DNA of 12,244 nucleotides from a virus (Duplodnaviria; Heunggongvirae; Uroviricota; Caudoviricetes): IMG/VR virus record IMGVR_UViG_3300027312_000135; one strand, 5' to 3'. Shown piece by piece: positions 12,059 to 12,244 of this stretch (position 1 is its first letter; each line of letters starts with the position of its first letter). The notes under the pieces were generated by a model. It saw only the letters and a program-made list of their open reading frames with translations, ran no database searches and was not told where the DNA came from. The position numbers and the translations under genes were made by a program.

Positions 12059-12244
12059 ATGGAACGAATGTATAGCTGCCGACAGGTTTGTGAAATTCTG
12101 AGCATCGGTAAAACCACTCTATATCGAAAGGTAAAAAGTGGTGAAATTGATAAGCCTCTGCGTAACGGTTGCCGGATGAGCCGTTGGCCGGAATCAAGCA
12201 TCACACGTTATCAGGAATCACTGAAACGAAGTCATGCGGCATAA
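12059..12244 (+). CDS. AlpA/excisionase-like HTH DNA-binding protein
   Basis: ATG at 12059 with an AAGGAG SD 5 nt upstream. MERMYSCRQVCEILSIGKTTLYRKVKSGEIDKPLRNG...SRWPESSI fits the AlpA/Xis MerR-like HTH pattern. Stop TAA is the last codon of the window. Position fits an xis preceding int/att. Confidence 0.65.
   Translation: MERMYSCRQVCEILSIGKTTLYRKVKSGEIDKPLRNGCRMSRWPESSITRYQESLKRSHAA

Larger units (their letters stand above)
1..12244. mobile_element. Lambdoid prophage early region (partial): nin region, replication module, immunity switch, early-left recombination and accessory genes
   Basis: Gene order and orientation match the lambda map read in reverse (ninB, P, O, cII, cro, divergent cI, then nutL, N-like, exo/bet-like, toward xis/int). 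Protein motifs were recognised by eye; no search was run. Confidence 0.85.

Noticed and set aside
10909-12204. Minus-strand ORFs 10909..11199, 10964..11299, 11354..11587, 11620..11895, 12013..12204
   Set aside because: All are antisense to the coupled plus-strand genes (zinc ribbon, 71 aa ORF, Dam methyltransferase, AlpA-like) and contain the plus-strand terminator in reverse.

Overview
This window reads as the early/immunity region of a lambdoid prophage, probably from an enterobacterial host, carrying an AT-rich accessory island that is the most likely home of an undescribed system. All family calls rest on motifs recognised by eye and recalled from memory; no database search, GC calculation or folding was run. 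Hand-derived coordinates for ORFs under 60 aa (absent from the supplied track) may be off by 1 nt.

Layout, low to high coordinate:
- Minus strand, 1..4176: a tightly coupled gene chain in lambda order read backwards - NinB-like (partial), four small nin-region ORFs, P-like helicase loader, O-like initiator with ori iterons inside it, a ParB-like protein, CII-like, a nutR site and Cro-like.
- Immunity switch, 4177..4285: back-to-back PR and PRM promoters, then a CI-like repressor on the plus strand (4286..4909).
- Plus-strand early-left operon, 5183..8798: OL-like repeats, nutL, an N-like basic protein, small ORFs, a PD-(D/E)xK exonuclease and a Red-beta-like annealing protein, punctuated by intrinsic terminators.
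- AT-rich island, about 8800..10950, bounded by terminators: a minus-strand operon (3-TM membrane protein plus three tandem paralogous 46-47 aa Pro/Lys/Tyr-rich peptides all ending PPPKKP) and a divergent plus-strand pair (41 aa ORF coupled to a 219 aa protein with no motif I recognise).
- Plus strand, 10966..12244: zinc-ribbon protein, a 71 aa ORF, a phage Dam-family methyltransferase with an NPTY motif, and an AlpA/Xis-like HTH protein ending at the window edge.

The membrane protein plus triplicated PPPKKP peptides, and secondarily the divergent 41 aa/219 aa pair, are my best candidates for a novel prophage-encoded exclusion or defence module. That functional reading is inference from context only.
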